The notes under the pieces are model-generated. The model was not told the DNA's origin. It worked only from the letters and a program-made list of their open reading frames with translations, and did no database searches. Source: an uncultured Gammaproteobacteria bacterium (GTDB lineage Bacteria; Pseudomonadota; Gammaproteobacteria; UBA9214). Taken from it: a stretch of DNA of 64,000 nt. The stretch is from the NCBI GenBank assembly GCA_963748215.1, contig CAVVHS010000006.1, positions 192,001 to 256,000 of the forward strand, written 5' to 3'. Below, one piece after another: positions 50,389 through 64,000 of the stretch (the first letter of the stretch is position 1; each line of letters starts with the position of its first letter). A program made the position numbers and the translations under genes.

Positions 50389-51349
50389 ATGAACCTCAAC
50401 TTTCTCGAATTCGAGCAGCCGATCGCCGAGCTGGAGGCGAAGATCGACGAGCTGCATTATGTCAGTGGCGACACCGACATCAATATCAGCGAGGAAGTCG
50501 GAAAGCTCAAGGCCAAAAGCCGCGACCTGACCGAATCGATCTTTGCCAACCTTACGCCCTGGCAGATCTCGCAGCTGGCGCGGCACCCGCAGCGCCCCTA
50601 CACCATGGACTACATCATTCGCCTGTTCACCGATTTCGAGGAACTGCACGGCGACCGCCACTACGGTGACGACAACGCCATCGTCGGCGGACTCGCGCGT
50701 CTCGATGGGATGCCGGTGATGGTGATCGGTCAGCAGAAGGGACGCGACACCAAGGAGAAGCTGCAACGCAATTTCGGCATGCCGCGTCCCGAGGGTTATC
50801 GCAAGGCGCTGCGGCTGATGCAGATGGCGGAGCGTTTCGGTCTGCCGGTGCTGACCTTCATCGACACGCCGGGCGCCTATCCCGGCATCGGTGCCGAGGA
50901 GCGCGGCCAGAGCGAGGCCATTGCACGCAACCTGCTGGTGATGTCGCGCCTGCGTACACCGATCATCTGCACCGTGATCGGCGAGGGCGGCTCGGGCGGT
51001 GCGCTGGCCATCGGTGTCGGCGATCTCACCCTGATGCTGCAATACAGCACCTACTCGGTGATCTCGCCCGAGGGTTGCGCCTCGATCCTGTGGAAGAGCG
51101 CGGAGAAGGCGTCCGACGCCGCGGAGGCACTGGGCATTACCTCGGCGCGGCTCAGCGAGCTGGGGCTGGTCGACAGAGGTGATCAAGGAGCCGCTCGGCG
51201 GCGCGCACCGCGACGTGGACGGCGCGGCCGAGAACCTCAGGCAGGTGCTGGTCGAATCGCTGCAAAAGCTCGGTGGCAAGTCACTGGACAAGCTCGTCGA
51301 GGCTCGCTACAAGCGCCTGATGGCCTACGGGCAGTTCAGCGAGCGCTAG
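50389..51349 (+). CDS. accA: Acetyl-CoA carboxylase carboxyltransferase alpha (+1 indel near 51175)
   Basis: [27 protein letters not shown]; shifted frame continues [12 protein letters not shown] to TAG at 51349. Confidence 0.95.
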
Positions 51350-51429
51350 GCAGCGGTATCGCGGTGCAGGCAACGATGTGATCCGGACGCCGTATTGTGC
51401 GGCAGTCATCGGATACGTGTAGTCCTGTC

Positions 51430-52797
51430 GTGACATTTTCCCCCCAGACACTGCTGCACCGCCTGCAGCAATATCCGCAGCCGGCCGGCTACCAGGTGGC
51501 TTTCAGCGGCGGCATGGATTCGCACGTGCTGCTGCATGCCATGGCCGGGCTGCGTACGCAGCTGGCGGCGCCCGTCGGTGCGGTGCATGTGAATCACGGT
51601 CTGCAGGCCGACGCGGTGCGCTGGGATGCGCATTGCCGCGCGGTATGCGCCGGGCTCGGCCTCGACTATGCCGCGCTGGCGGTGGATGCGCGTGCCGGCC
51701 AGGGTGACAGCCCGGAGGCCGCGGCGCGCACCGCGCGCTATGACGCCCTGGCCGACTGGCTGCCGGCCGGTCATTGCCTGCTGACCGCCCAGCACCGCGA
51801 CGACCAGGCCGAGACCCTGCTGTTGCAGCTGCTGCGCGGGGCCGGCGTGCACGGCCTGGCCGCCATGCCGGTCCATGGCGATTTCGGCGCAGGTACGCGC
51901 CTGCGGCCGCTGCTGGAGGTGGCGCGCGACGCGCTGCGCGCCTATGCCGGGCGGCACCGGCTGGGCTGGGTGGACGATCCGAGCAATTTCGACACCGGTT
52001 TTGATCGCAATTACCTGCGCCACTGCGTACTGCCCGCGTTGCAGGCCCGCTGGCCCGCCGCCAGCACGAGCCTGGCGCGCAGCGCGGCGCACCAGGCCGA
52101 GGCGGCGGCGCTGCTGGAGTATGTCGCGGCGCGGGACCTGCGGGCCGCGGCGGCCTCGGCGGCCAACCAGCTGCGATTGCCCGTCATCGCCGGCCTGCCG
52201 GCGCCCCGGCAGCGCAATGTCGTGCGCCACTGGCTCAGGCAGCTGACCGGCGGCACACCGTCAGCCGCCGTGCTGGAGCGTATCCTGCACGATGTGCCGT
52301 GCAGCCGGGCGGACGCGGAGCCCTGCGTGCGCTGGGGTGGTTTCGAGCTGCGCCGCTACCGCGACACGCTTTACCTGCTGCCCCAGCTGCCGCCGCCGGA
52401 CCCGGCACGGTGGCTGCCGTGGTCGCTTGCCGAAGCGCTCGCGCTGCCTGCGCAGGGCGGCGTGCTCAGCGCGCGCCGGCAGGCGGGGCAGGGCATTCGC
52501 CAGGCCGCCATCGGCGCCGCCGGCGTACGCGTGGGCTGGCGCCGCGGGGGCGAACGCTGCGCGCCGGCAGGGCGTGGCCAGCACCATGCACTGAAGAAGC
52601 TGTTCCAGGAAGCCGGTATCCCGCCCTGGCAGCGTGCGCGTATTCCCCTGATCTTCATCGACCGGCAGCTCGCAGCCGTGCCCGGGCTGTGGGTATGCGA
52701 GCCGTTCCAGGCCGGGCCCGGCGAGCCCGGCGTGCAGATCGACTGGGATGACCCGGTAACGGCCGCGCAGGGGCGGCCGATTTGTCCGCCTGGGTAA
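51430..52797 (+). CDS. tilS: tRNA(Ile)-lysidine synthetase
   Basis: AFSGGMDS, HVNHGLQ, AAARTARY, HRDDQAET, DDPSN. Confidence 0.95.
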   Translation: MTFSPQTLLHRLQQYPQPAGYQVAFSGGMDSHVLLHAMAGLRTQLAAPVGAVHVNHGLQADAVRWDAHCRAVCAGLGLDYAALAVDARAGQGDSPEAAARTARYDALADWLPAGHCLLTAQHRDDQAETLLLQLLRGAGVHGLAAMPVHGDFGAGTRLRPLLEVARDALRAYAGRHRLGWVDDPSNFDTGFDRNYLRHCVLPALQARWPAASTSLARSAAHQAEAAALLEYVAARDLRAAAASAANQLRLPVIAGLPAPRQRNVVRHWLRQLTGGTPSAAVLERILHDVPCSRADAEPCVRWGGFELRRYRDTLYLLPQLPPPDPARWLPWSLAEALALPAQGGVLSARRQAGQGIRQAAIGAAGVRVGWRRGGERCAPAGRGQHHALKKLFQEAGIPPWQRARIPLIFIDRQLAAVPGLWVCEPFQAGPGEPGVQIDWDDPVTAAQGRPICPPG

Positions 52798-54548
<1,751 letters not shown>

Positions 54549-54577
54549 ATGCCGCTTCACACCCAGGCGAACCCAGC

Positions 54578-55417
54578 ATGAAACTGTGTCACTTCGAGGC
54601 CGGCCTCGATCATCCGCTGTTCCTGATTGCCGGACCCTGCGTCATCGAGAGTGCGCAACTGGCACTCGACACCGCCGGCCAGCTCAAGGAGATTACCGCG
54701 GCACTCGGCATGCCGTTCATCTACAAATCATCCTTCGACAAGGCCAACCGCTCCTCGCACACGAGTTTCCGCGGTCCCGGCCTGGAGGAGGGGCTGCGCA
54801 TCCTCGCCGAGGTCAAGGCGCAGATCGGCGTGCCGGTGCTGACCGACGTGCACGAGGACACGCCGCTGGCCGAGGTGGCCGCCGTGGTCGACGTGCTGCA
54901 GACCCCGGCCTTCCTGTGCCGGCAGACCAATTTCATCCAGAACGTTGCGCGCCAGGGCAAGCCGGTCAACATCAAGAAGGGCCAGTTCCTGGCGCCTGGG
55001 ACATGAAGAACGTGTCCGACAAGGCGCGCGCGACCGGCAACGACCAGATCATGGTGTGCGAGCGCGGTGTTTCGTTCGGCTACAACAACCTGGTCTCCGA
55101 CATGCGCTCGCTGGCGGTGATGCGCGACACCGGCGTGCCCGGTGGTGTTCGATGCCACGCACTCGGTGCAGCTGCCCGGCGGGCAGGGCGACCGCTCCGG
55201 CGGCCAGCGCGAGTTCGTGCCGGTGCTGGCGCGTGCCGCCGTCGCGGCCGGCATCGCCGGCCTGTTCATGGAAACCCATCCGAACCCCGCGGTCGCGCTC
55301 AGCGACGGCCCGAATGCCTGGCCGCTCGGACAGATGCGCGAGCTGCTGGCCACGCTGCAGGCGATCGATGCCGTCATCAAGGGTGGTGCGCTGCCGGAAA
55401 CGGCGCTCATGCAATAG
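54578..55417 (+). CDS. kdsA: KDO 8-phosphate synthase (indels near 54995 and 55135)
   Basis: [45 protein letters not shown]. Confidence 0.95.
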
Positions 55418-55435
55418 CTGATAAAAATTCTTTAA

Positions 55436-56755
<1,320 letters not shown>

Positions 56756-56799
56756 GTGCGCGCCATCGGCCGGTACGGAGGACGCCCGGACAAGCCGCA

Positions 56800-57069
56800 A
56801 TGAAGAAGGTGGTCATCGTGCTGTTGCTGCTGCTGGTCTACCTGCAGTACCGTCTGTGGTTCGGTGACGGCAGCCTGCAGGAGGTCTGGCAGCTGCACCG
56901 CGAGGTCGAGGCGCAGCGCGAGGAGAACCTGCTACTGCGCGAGCGCAACGACGCACTGGATGCCGAGGTGCTGGACCTGCAGCAGGGCCTGGATGCCATC
57001 GAGGAACGCGCACGCGAGGACCTCGGCATGGTCAAGGAAGGCGAGACCTTCTACCAGATCGTGGAGTAG
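56800..57069 (+). CDS. ftsB: Cell division protein FtsB
   Basis: TM + LQYRLWFG, EERAR.DLGMVK.GETFY. Confidence 0.95.
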   Translation: MKKVVIVLLLLLVYLQYRLWFGDGSLQEVWQLHREVEAQREENLLLRERNDALDAEVLDLQQGLDAIEERAREDLGMVKEGETFYQIVE

Positions 57070-57159
57070 GGATGCCGGCTTCCAGCCACCATCTTTCAGC
57101 CCGCAGCCCCAACAAACGTAAACGGGGACAGACCGCGTTTTTTTGTCCCACGGTTCGCC

Positions 57160-57882
57160 ATGACATCCGCTTCGCGGCCTGAGACACGCTACTGGGCCGT
57201 GGTGCCGGCCGCCGGCGCCGGCACGCGCATGGGCGCGGAGCTGCCCAAGCAATACCTGCCGCTCGGTGACAGGACTGTGCTCGAGCATACCCTGGATGCA
57301 TTGCTGGCCTGCGACGTGCTGTCCGGGATCGTGGTGGTGGTCGCGGAACACGACACGCGCTGGGCGGCGATCGGACAGCGCTACCGGGAACGCCCGCTGG
57401 TCAGTGTGACGGGCGGCGCGGAACGCTGTCACTCGGTGCTGAACGGCCTGCGCGAGCTTGCCACGCAGGCGTCGCCGCAGGACCGGGTGCTGGTGCACGA
57501 TGCTGCACGTCCCTGCCTGAGCGCCGACGACGTCGCCCGGCTGATCGAGACGGTGGGGGATGATGACAGCGGCGGTCTGCTGGGTGTGCCGGTGGCCGAT
57601 ACCATGAAGCGCGTGAACCATGCCGGGCGCATTAAGCAGACGGTCGAGCGCAACGGCCTGTGGCATGCACTGACGCCGCAACTGTTTCGCCTCGACCTGC
57701 TGGACGCGGCACTGGCTACCGCCATCGATGCCGGGATGGCAGTCACCGACGAGGCGTCCGCCATGGAGCACGCCGGCTATGCGCCGCGCATCGTGCAGGG
57801 CCGGCGCGACAACATCAAGATCACCCTGCCAGCCGACCTGGAACTGGCAGCCTTTTACCTGCAGGCGAGGACACCGCGATGA
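57160..57882 (+). CDS. ispD: MEP cytidylyltransferase
   Basis: [27 protein letters not shown]. Confidence 0.96.
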   Translation: MTSASRPETRYWAVVPAAGAGTRMGAELPKQYLPLGDRTVLEHTLDALLACDVLSGIVVVVAEHDTRWAAIGQRYRERPLVSVTGGAERCHSVLNGLRELATQASPQDRVLVHDAARPCLSADDVARLIETVGDDDSGGLLGVPVADTMKRVNHAGRIKQTVERNGLWHALTPQLFRLDLLDAALATAIDAGMAVTDEASAMEHAGYAPRIVQGRRDNIKITLPADLELAAFYLQARTPR

Positions 57883-58349
57883 GAATAGGTCAGGGTATAG
57901 ACGCGCATGCATTCAAGGAGGGCGGGACGCTGGTGCTCGGTGGCGTGATCATTCCGTATCCGCGCAGCCTGGAGGCGCATTCGGACGGCGACGTGGTGTT
58001 GCACGCGCTGTGCGATGCGTTGCTGGGTGCGGCCGGCCTGGGCGATATCGGTCGGCACTTCCCGCCCGGCGACCCGGCCTTCCGGGATATCGACAGCCGC
58101 CTCCTGCTGCGCAGAACCCTGGATATGATCATCGAGGAAGGTTGCAAGCTGGTCAACGCGGACATCACCGTGGTAGCGCAGGAACCGCGTCTGGCTCCGT
58201 TCATTGCCACCATGCGCGAACTGATCAGCACCGACCTGAAGGTCAGCGCCGACCGGATCAACATCAAGGCCACCACCACCGAGGGGCTGGGTTTCACCGG
58301 GCGTGGCGAGGGCATCGCCGCGTTTGCCGTTGCCTTGCTGGAAGACTGA
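57879..58349 (+). CDS. ispF: MEcPP synthase
   Basis: [38 protein letters not shown]. Confidence 0.97.
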   Translation: MRIGQGIDAHAFKEGGTLVLGGVIIPYPRSLEAHSDGDVVLHALCDALLGAAGLGDIGRHFPPGDPAFRDIDSRLLLRRTLDMIIEEGCKLVNADITVVAQEPRLAPFIATMRELISTDLKVSADRINIKATTTEGLGFTGRGEGIAAFAVALLED

Positions 58350-58427
58350 TCGCTGACAACAGGCAAGCAGCCACCGTCGATGCGTATGAGCGCAAGGTCT
58401 GCACGAGAACATTCAGGAAGCGGTTAA

Positions 58428-59471
58428 ATGACTGACGACTGGCTCGAACTTGCCGTGCATGGCCTGGCATACGCCGGCGGCATGCCACCGGCATGCGGTG
58501 TGCTGCGCCGGCAGCCGGACGATTTCCGTGTGACCGAGCTGCCATCGGTCGAGCCGGGCGGCAGTGGCGAGCATGTCTGGCTGTGGATCCGCAAGCGCAG
58601 CGAGAATACCGATCATGTCGCCATGCTGCTGTCCAGACTCGCTGGTGTGCATCCGCGCAACATCGGCTATGCCGGCCAGAAGGACCGCCATGCCGTCACC
58701 GAGCAGTGGTTCTCGGTGCACCTGCCGGGACGGGCGGAGCCTGACTGGCAGGGACTGGACTCCGACACGATTACCGTGCTGCGCCACGCACGCCACGGGC
58801 GCAAACTGCAGCGCGGTACCCTGAGCGGCAACGAATTCGTGATTACCGTGCGCGATATAGCCGGTTCCTGTGCGGAACTCGAAGAGCGGCTGCAACGGGT
58901 CGGGTCACAGGGTGTGCCGAACTATTTCGGAGCGCAGCGCTTCGGCAACGGTGGTGGCAACCTGCGCACGGCCACGCAGCTGTTCGCCAATCCACGCATG
59001 AAACTCTCGCGCAACCGCCGCAGCATGGCGCTGTCGGCGGCGCGCTCCCTGCTGTTCAACCGGGTATTGTCACGGCGTGTCAGCGACGGCAGCTGGAACG
59101 CTGTCCTGCCCGGCGATGCCATGCAGCTGGCCGGCAGTCACAGTTTCTTCGTGGTGGACACCGTCGATGCGGAGCTGCTGCAACGTCTCGCCAGTCACGA
59201 TATCCACGCCACCGGGCCGCTTGCCGGCAGCGGCGACAGTCCGGTGCGTGATGCATGCCGGGTGCTGGAGGCGGAGGTGCTGGCCGAATTCGACTCACTG
59301 GCACACGGCCTCGCCACGGTTGGCCTGAAGCAGGAACGGCGTGCCCTGCGCCTGCCGGTTGCCGGACTGTGCTGGCAATGGCTGGATGAGACGACCCTGG
59401 AGCTGGCGTTCGGCCTGCCGGCGGGTTGCTACGCGACCAGCGTGCTGCGCGAGCTGGTGCGCGAAAAATAG
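58428..59471 (+). CDS. truD: tRNA pseudouridine(13) synthase
   Basis: DDFRVTE, YAGQKDRHA, PNYFG.QRFG, F.LPAG.YATSVLREL. Confidence 0.95.
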   Translation: MTDDWLELAVHGLAYAGGMPPACGVLRRQPDDFRVTELPSVEPGGSGEHVWLWIRKRSENTDHVAMLLSRLAGVHPRNIGYAGQKDRHAVTEQWFSVHLPGRAEPDWQGLDSDTITVLRHARHGRKLQRGTLSGNEFVITVRDIAGSCAELEERLQRVGSQGVPNYFGAQRFGNGGGNLRTATQLFANPRMKLSRNRRSMALSAARSLLFNRVLSRRVSDGSWNAVLPGDAMQLAGSHSFFVVDTVDAELLQRLASHDIHATGPLAGSGDSPVRDACRVLEAEVLAEFDSLAHGLATVGLKQERRALRLPVAGLCWQWLDETTLELAFGLPAGCYATSVLRELVREK

Positions 59472-59473
59472 AT

Positions 59474-59588
59474 TCGCGCACAACTACTTTCTCTCTGCAA
59501 TCGTGCGCTCCTATAAAAATAGATACAAGGAGCGGATCTCATCCGCGATTTCCGGCCCGAATCCATCGCGCTTGAGAAGCGCTCCTAC
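59474..59588. repeat. REP cluster of the GTAGGAGCG family
   Basis: AGGAGCGGATCTCATCCGCGA (59528-59548) facing the reverse-complemented GTAGGAGCGCTTCTCAAGCGCGA (59566-59588); degenerate copy 59474-59514; related to 9629-9651. Confidence 0.75.
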
Positions 59589-59651
59589 ACAAATTGATGT
59601 CCCAGTAGCGGACGTGGTTTGCGAAAGAATCGACCTCGTTGGATTGTGCGA

Positions 59652-60200
59652 TCAATCCCGCGGCGCGCTGCGCAACAGCACGTACAGCGCGCCGGTGCCG
59701 CCGTGCCGTGGCTGGGCCGAGCTGAAGGCCAGTACATCGTGGTGCTGGCGCAGCCAGCTGTTCACCCGGTTTTTCAGTACCGGTGCCGCGCCGCCCGAGC
59801 CGGCCCCCTTGCCGTGGATAATGCGCACGCTGCGGATATGCTGTTCGCTGCACAGCGCGATGAACTCGGTGAGTGCCTGGCGGGCGACGGCAATGGTCAT
59901 GCCATGCATGTCGAGCTCGGCGTTTGCCGCGAGCTGGCCGCGGCGCAGTCGCTGCAGCTGGCGCTGCTGCAGTCCTGGCCGAGTAAAGAACAGCGTTTCG
60001 TCCGGGCTGACCGTGCCGGCGTCATACGCGTCCGAAAAGGTGTCACCGGGGCGGTGCAGCTGTCCCGCGTGCCGGCGCGGCCGCGGTGGCTGCGCCTTGC
60101 GCGGATGCTCGACCTTGTCATGCGCGAGTTTCCTGACCATGCCGACCTGCTCTCGAAACAGGGCGATGTCCTCGGTGCTGGGTTTCTTGTTGCGCGTCAT
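59652..60200 (-). CDS. Smr/MutS-family endonuclease (SmrA-like)
   Basis: LDMHG, RIIHGKG, VLKNRV..WLRQ, HGGTGALYVLL. Confidence 0.92.
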   Translation of the reverse strand: MTRNKKPSTEDIALFREQVGMVRKLAHDKVEHPRKAQPPRPRRHAGQLHRPGDTFSDAYDAGTVSPDETLFFTRPGLQQRQLQRLRRGQLAANAELDMHGMTIAVARQALTEFIALCSEQHIRSVRIIHGKGAGSGGAAPVLKNRVNSWLRQHHDVLAFSSAQPRHGGTGALYVLLRSAPRD

Positions 60201-60507
60201 GCCGGGTGGAAATCCATCAGGTCGGTACGGGCAACCGTAACTGTAAGCCAGCCAGCGTGCAATATGCGCGATTGCCTGTGTCCACCGGCTGCCAAAATCC
60301 TTATACTACCGGCCACTACATAACAATCAGGACACAGTCGCAGAACAATCATGGCCATGGCCGCACACGGGAACACACGTACCACAACGCCGGTCATGCC
60401 GCTCATCTTCGCCGTTCGCACGCCTGGCTGTTGCCGGGCAGTCCTGCAAACGACGCGCACCGGGCGGTACCGGTCGCGATGACCTGTGAACCGGCAGCGA
60501 TGTTGAC

Positions 60508-61251
60508 ATGCATATCCTGATCAGCAATGACGATGGTTACCAGTCCCGGGGCATCCGTGCACTGGCCGATGCGCTTGCGACCATTGCCTCAGTGCACGTC
60601 GTGGCGCCGGAGCGTGACCGCAGTGGCGCCAGCAACTCGCTGACCCTGGACAGTCCGATTCGCGCCCGTACCGGCGCGAACGGCTATACCTATGTCGATG
60701 GTACACCCACGGACTGCGTGCATCTTGCGATCACCGGCCTGCTCGAGAGGGAGCCTGATATGGTGGTGGCCGGGATCAATGCCGGGGCCAATCTTGGTGA
60801 TGACGTGCTGTATTCCGGCACCGTGGCCGCAGCCATGGAAGGCCGCTTCCTGGGATCGCCGGCGCTGGCGATCTCGCTGGCCGGAGACCAGCCCACCCAC
60901 TACGACACCGCTGCGCGTGTCGCGCTCGAGCTGGTGCAGCGCGTATCCTCCGGTGCGCTGCCGGCGGATACCATTCTCAATATCAACGTGCCGGACGTGG
61001 CCTGGGACCGGCTGCGCGGCATGCAGGCCACGCGACTCGGACATCGTCACAAGTCGGAACCGGTGGTAAAGATGAACGACCCGCGCGGGCGTACGGTGTA
61101 CTGGGTGGGCCCGGCCGGCAGCGAGCAGGATGCCGGGCCGGGCACGGACTTCCATGCCGTGCGCTCCGGCTACGTGTCCGTCACACCCCTGGATGTCGAC
61201 CTGACGCGCTACGCAGCCATGGACAAGCTGGCCAGCTGGCTGGCAGACTGA
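60508..61251 (+). CDS. surE: 5'/3'-nucleotidase SurE
   Basis: [31 protein letters not shown]. Confidence 0.97.
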   Translation: MHILISNDDGYQSRGIRALADALATIASVHVVAPERDRSGASNSLTLDSPIRARTGANGYTYVDGTPTDCVHLAITGLLEREPDMVVAGINAGANLGDDVLYSGTVAAAMEGRFLGSPALAISLAGDQPTHYDTAARVALELVQRVSSGALPADTILNINVPDVAWDRLRGMQATRLGHRHKSEPVVKMNDPRGRTVYWVGPAGSEQDAGPGTDFHAVRSGYVSVTPLDVDLTRYAAMDKLASWLAD

Positions 61252-61262
61252 GCAGCGCCGCG

Positions 61263-61922
61263 ATGATCAATCCGGATCGCGGCATCGGCATGACCTCGCA
61301 GCGCACCCGCGACCGCCTGGTCGAACGGCTGCGCGCGGAGGGCATCCGCAACGAACGCGTGCTGGAAGTGATTCGTGACACGCCGCGTCACCTGTTCGTG
61401 GACGAGGCACTGGCGAGCCGTGCCTACGAAGATACCGCCCTGCCGATCGGTTACAACCAGACCATTTCGCAGCCCTTCGTGGTCGCGGTCATGACGGACC
61501 TCGTCATTTGCAACGACCCGCAGACGGTGCTGGAGATCGGCACCGGCTCCGGCTACCAGGCCGCCGTGCTGGCCGCGCTGGTGCCAAAGGTCTACACGGT
61601 GGAGCGCATCGAGCCGCTGGCCCGGCAGGTGCGCCAGCGCTTTCGCAAGCTCGGCCTGCGCAATATCCGCGCCAGCTATTCCGACGGCACGGCGGGCCTG
61701 CCGGCATTTGCGCCCTATGATGCCATCATCACCACGGCTGCCGCGGAACAGATACCCCGTGCGCTGCTGGAGCAGCTGTCGCCCAAGGGCGGACGCCTGG
61801 TGATCCCGGTGGGCGGCCGCAACGGCCAGACCCTGACCCTGGTGACACGCCGCGGCGGGGGATTTGAACGGGAAGACCTCGATCCGGTAATCTTCGTACC
61901 ACTACTCGGCGGACAGGCCTGA
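61263..61922 (+). CDS. pcm: Protein-L-isoaspartate O-methyltransferase
   Basis: [26 protein letters not shown]. Confidence 0.96.
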   Translation: MINPDRGIGMTSQRTRDRLVERLRAEGIRNERVLEVIRDTPRHLFVDEALASRAYEDTALPIGYNQTISQPFVVAVMTDLVICNDPQTVLEIGTGSGYQAAVLAALVPKVYTVERIEPLARQVRQRFRKLGLRNIRASYSDGTAGLPAFAPYDAIITTAAAEQIPRALLEQLSPKGGRLVIPVGGRNGQTLTLVTRRGGGFEREDLDPVIFVPLLGGQA

Positions 61923-62500
61923 TGCGCATATTCACCTTGTTGTACGACAAAACGATGCAGTGGGCACGTCACCGCCATGCAGCCTGGTATCTCTCCGGGC
62001 TGAGTTTCGCCGAATCCTCGTTCTTTCCGATACCGCCGGACGTGATGCTCGCGCCGATGAGCATGGCGCGGCCACAGCACGCGTTGCGCTATGCCACGCT
62101 GACCACGGTCGCCTCCGTCGTTGGCGGTCTGTTCGGCTACCTGATCGGGGCGTATTTTTTCGAGCTGATCCAGCCCTGGCTGCAGGAGTCCGCCTACTGG
62201 GGAAAATACCAGCACGCACGCGAATGGTTCGAGCACTGGGGCTTCTGGGCCATCCTGGTCGCCGGTTTCTCGCCCATTCCGTACAAGGTGTTCACTATCG
62301 CCGCCGGCACGCTGGGCATGAACCTGCCACTGTTCGCACTCGGTTCGCTGATCGGTCGTGGCGGACGCTTTTTCCTGGTGTCCAGCCTGATGGCCTGGGG
62401 CGGACCGCGCATGGAGGCGAAACTGCGCCACTGGGTCGAATGGCTGGGCTGGCTGGTGGTCGTAATCGCCGTCGCCGCGTATTTCTATTTCAGAAACTGA
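61922..62500 (+). CDS. YqaA/DedA-family membrane protein
   Basis: FAESSFFPIPPD, FSPIPYKVFTI, GRGGRF. Confidence 0.9.
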   Translation: MRIFTLLYDKTMQWARHRHAAWYLSGLSFAESSFFPIPPDVMLAPMSMARPQHALRYATLTTVASVVGGLFGYLIGAYFFELIQPWLQESAYWGKYQHAREWFEHWGFWAILVAGFSPIPYKVFTIAAGTLGMNLPLFALGSLIGRGGRFFLVSSLMAWGGPRMEAKLRHWVEWLGWLVVVIAVAAYFYFRN

Positions 62501-63363
62501 TGCCGTTGCGGAATTACATCCTGCCGTTCTGCCTGTTATCTGTTGTCCTGTCCGCCTGTAGCAATACCGCCAGGGCGCCAATCTATTCGCGCGGTACCAC
62601 GCCCGAGCCAGACGCCAGGATCATGCGGCATCCGGGCGCGACCATCCCGCAGCGCAACGCGCCCGCGGGCAGTTACGTGGTGCAACGCGGCGACACACTG
62701 TATTCGATTGCCTGGCAGCATGGTCTGAAAACGAAAGAGCTGGCGCAGCTCAACCGCATGCGTGCGCCCTATACCATTTATCCGGGGCAACGCCTGCAGG
62801 TCGGGGGCGGACAGGCGCAGCAGCAGGCCGCGGCACAGACTGCACCGCAGGCCGCACCGCTGGCACGCCGTGCGCCGCTCAAGGCAAAGCCGTTGCCGCA
62901 GCCGATAGCGGCGCCCGCGACCCCGGGACAGGAAAAACCGCCCAGTGCGCCCGTGCCGGCCACCGCCCGCCTCGCCGATCCACCTGACTATGACGGTAAG
63001 TGGCAGTGGCCCACGCGCGGCAAGCTGCTGCGCGGCTACAAGGAAAATGCCAATGGGAAAAAAGGCATAGATATCAGCGGGCACCACGGCCAGCCGGTCA
63101 GCGCCGCCGCCGGCGGGAAAGTGGTCTATACCGGCAGTGGACTTGTCGGCTATGGCAGGCTTATTATCATCAAACACAACGAAAGCCTGCTGAGTGCCTA
63201 CGGGCATAACAGCAAGCTGCTTGTTGCGGAAGGTGATCATGTCAGGGCGGGGCAGCTGATTGCAAAGATGGGCAGCAGCGGCACCAACCGCACTGCGCTC
63301 TATTTCGAGATCCGCAAGGACGGCAAACCGGTCGATCCCGTGCAATACCTGCCAAGACAATAA
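62500..63363 (+). CDS. nlpD: LysM/M23 lipoprotein NlpD
   Basis: LSAC lipobox, Lys[15 protein letters not shown]23-like KGIDI, SAYGHN, FEIR; upstream of rpoS. Confidence 0.93.
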   Translation: MPLRNYILPFCLLSVVLSACSNTARAPIYSRGTTPEPDARIMRHPGATIPQRNAPAGSYVVQRGDTLYSIAWQHGLKTKELAQLNRMRAPYTIYPGQRLQVGGGQAQQQAAAQTAPQAAPLARRAPLKAKPLPQPIAAPATPGQEKPPSAPVPATARLADPPDYDGKWQWPTRGKLLRGYKENANGKKGIDISGHHGQPVSAAAGGKVVYTGSGLVGYGRLIIIKHNESLLSAYGHNSKLLVAEGDHVRAGQLIAKMGSSGTNRTALYFEIRKDGKPVDPVQYLPRQ

Positions 63364-63427
63364 TCCTGACCGATCGCCCGGGTACCCGCACGCAGCGGGC
63401 CGACGGGGAGCAACAGATACGGCGGTA

Positions 63428-64000
63428 ATGCCAGTGGCAAGACACAAGGGCATTGACGACACGCAGGCCGACGACCCGAACGAGGCGGTCGACGGGCAGG
63501 GCATGCCGGAAGAACCGAAGCGTATTCCGGTCAAGCGTCATGCCAGCGACAGTCACGATCCCACCCGTCTGTATCTCAATGAGATCGGCGCCTCGCCGTT
63601 GCTGACAGCGGAGGAGGAGGTCAGTTTCTCGCGCCTGGCGCAACGCGGCGACGAGGCGGCGCGCAAGCGCATGATCGAAAGCAACCTGCGGCTGGTGGTC
63701 AAGATCGCGCGCCGCTACACCAATCGCGGGCTGGCGTTTCTCGACCTGATCGAGGAAGGCAATCTCGGTCTGATCCGCGCGGTGGAAAAATTCGATCCCG
63801 AGCGCGGCTTTCGTTTTTCCACCTACGCGACCTGGTGGATCCGCCAGACCATCGAGCGCGCCATCATGAACCAGACGCGCACCATTCGCCTGCCGATCCA
63901 TGTCATCAAGGAAATCAATACCTACCTGCGTGCCGCGCGCAGCCTGGCGCAGAAGCTCGACCACGAACCGAGCGCTGAGGAAATCGCAGACCTGCTGCAC
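63428..64000 (+). CDS. rpoS: RNA polymerase sigma factor RpoS (3' truncated by window; not in ORF track)
   Basis: Manual translation: [60 protein letters not shown]. Confidence 0.95.
   Translation, partial: MPVARHKGIDDTQADDPNEAVDGQGMPEEPKRIPVKRHASDSHDPTRLYLNEIGASPLLTAEEEVSFSRLAQRGDEAARKRMIESNLRLVVKIARRYTNRGLAFLDLIEEGNLGLIRAVEKFDPERGFRFSTYATWWIRQTIERAIMNQTRTIRLPIHVIKEINTYLRAARSLAQKLDHEPSAEEIADLLH

Noticed and set aside
48610-51291. 893-aa antisense ORF and similar long ones (38363-40267, 55049-56800, 46747-48336)
   Set aside because: Shadow frames opposite dnaE/accA, bamA and eno caused by high-GC codon bias; no recognisable domains
57120-57149. GGGGACAGACC...TTTTTTTGTCCC hairpin between ftsB and ispD
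   Set aside because: Single copy in the window; cannot separate a repeat remnant from a weak hairpin
59652-60200. Inverted smr gene between truD and surE as a novel insertion
   Set aside because: Ordinary Smr protein; I recall this arrangement from other gammaproteobacteria
60206-60520. His-rich 104-aa ORF upstream of surE
   Set aside because: No RBS or domain; lies in the divergent smr/surE promoter region

Overview
GC-rich gammaproteobacterial chromosome segment; Chromatiales/Thiogranum-like affinity is an inference from gene order only. From about 20 kb to the end it is mostly core genes: dapE-yffB-dapD-dapC, glnD-map, rpsB-tsf-pyrH-frr-uppS-cdsA-dxr-rseP-bamA-skp-lpxD-fabZ-lpxA-lpxB-rnhB-(GGDEF)-dnaE-accA-tilS-pyrG-kdsA-eno-ftsB-ispD-ispF-truD-(smr)-surE-pcm-yqaA-nlpD-rpoS. 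The first 20 kb is more accessory: a vWA/ECF-sigma/anti-sigma-SPOR locus, a SARP regulator + small ORF + VPLPA-CTERM gene followed by a 74-bp tandem hairpin array, mrcB with an lpoP-like gene, yoaA-tsaB, an FNR-box islet and a TPAT/TRAP-T transporter. The most unusual signals are non-coding: (1) the 7-unit hairpin/U-tract array, a candidate tandem 3'UTR sRNA array; (2) a ~680-bp TIR-bounded MITE inserted at the map stop codon, carrying covarying CsrA-consensus hairpins; (3) three composite REP/9-mer/7-mer repeat clusters that share a 19-mer with that MITE. Single-base indels in five core genes look like assembly errors. All calls come from reading the sequence; no database searches were run.
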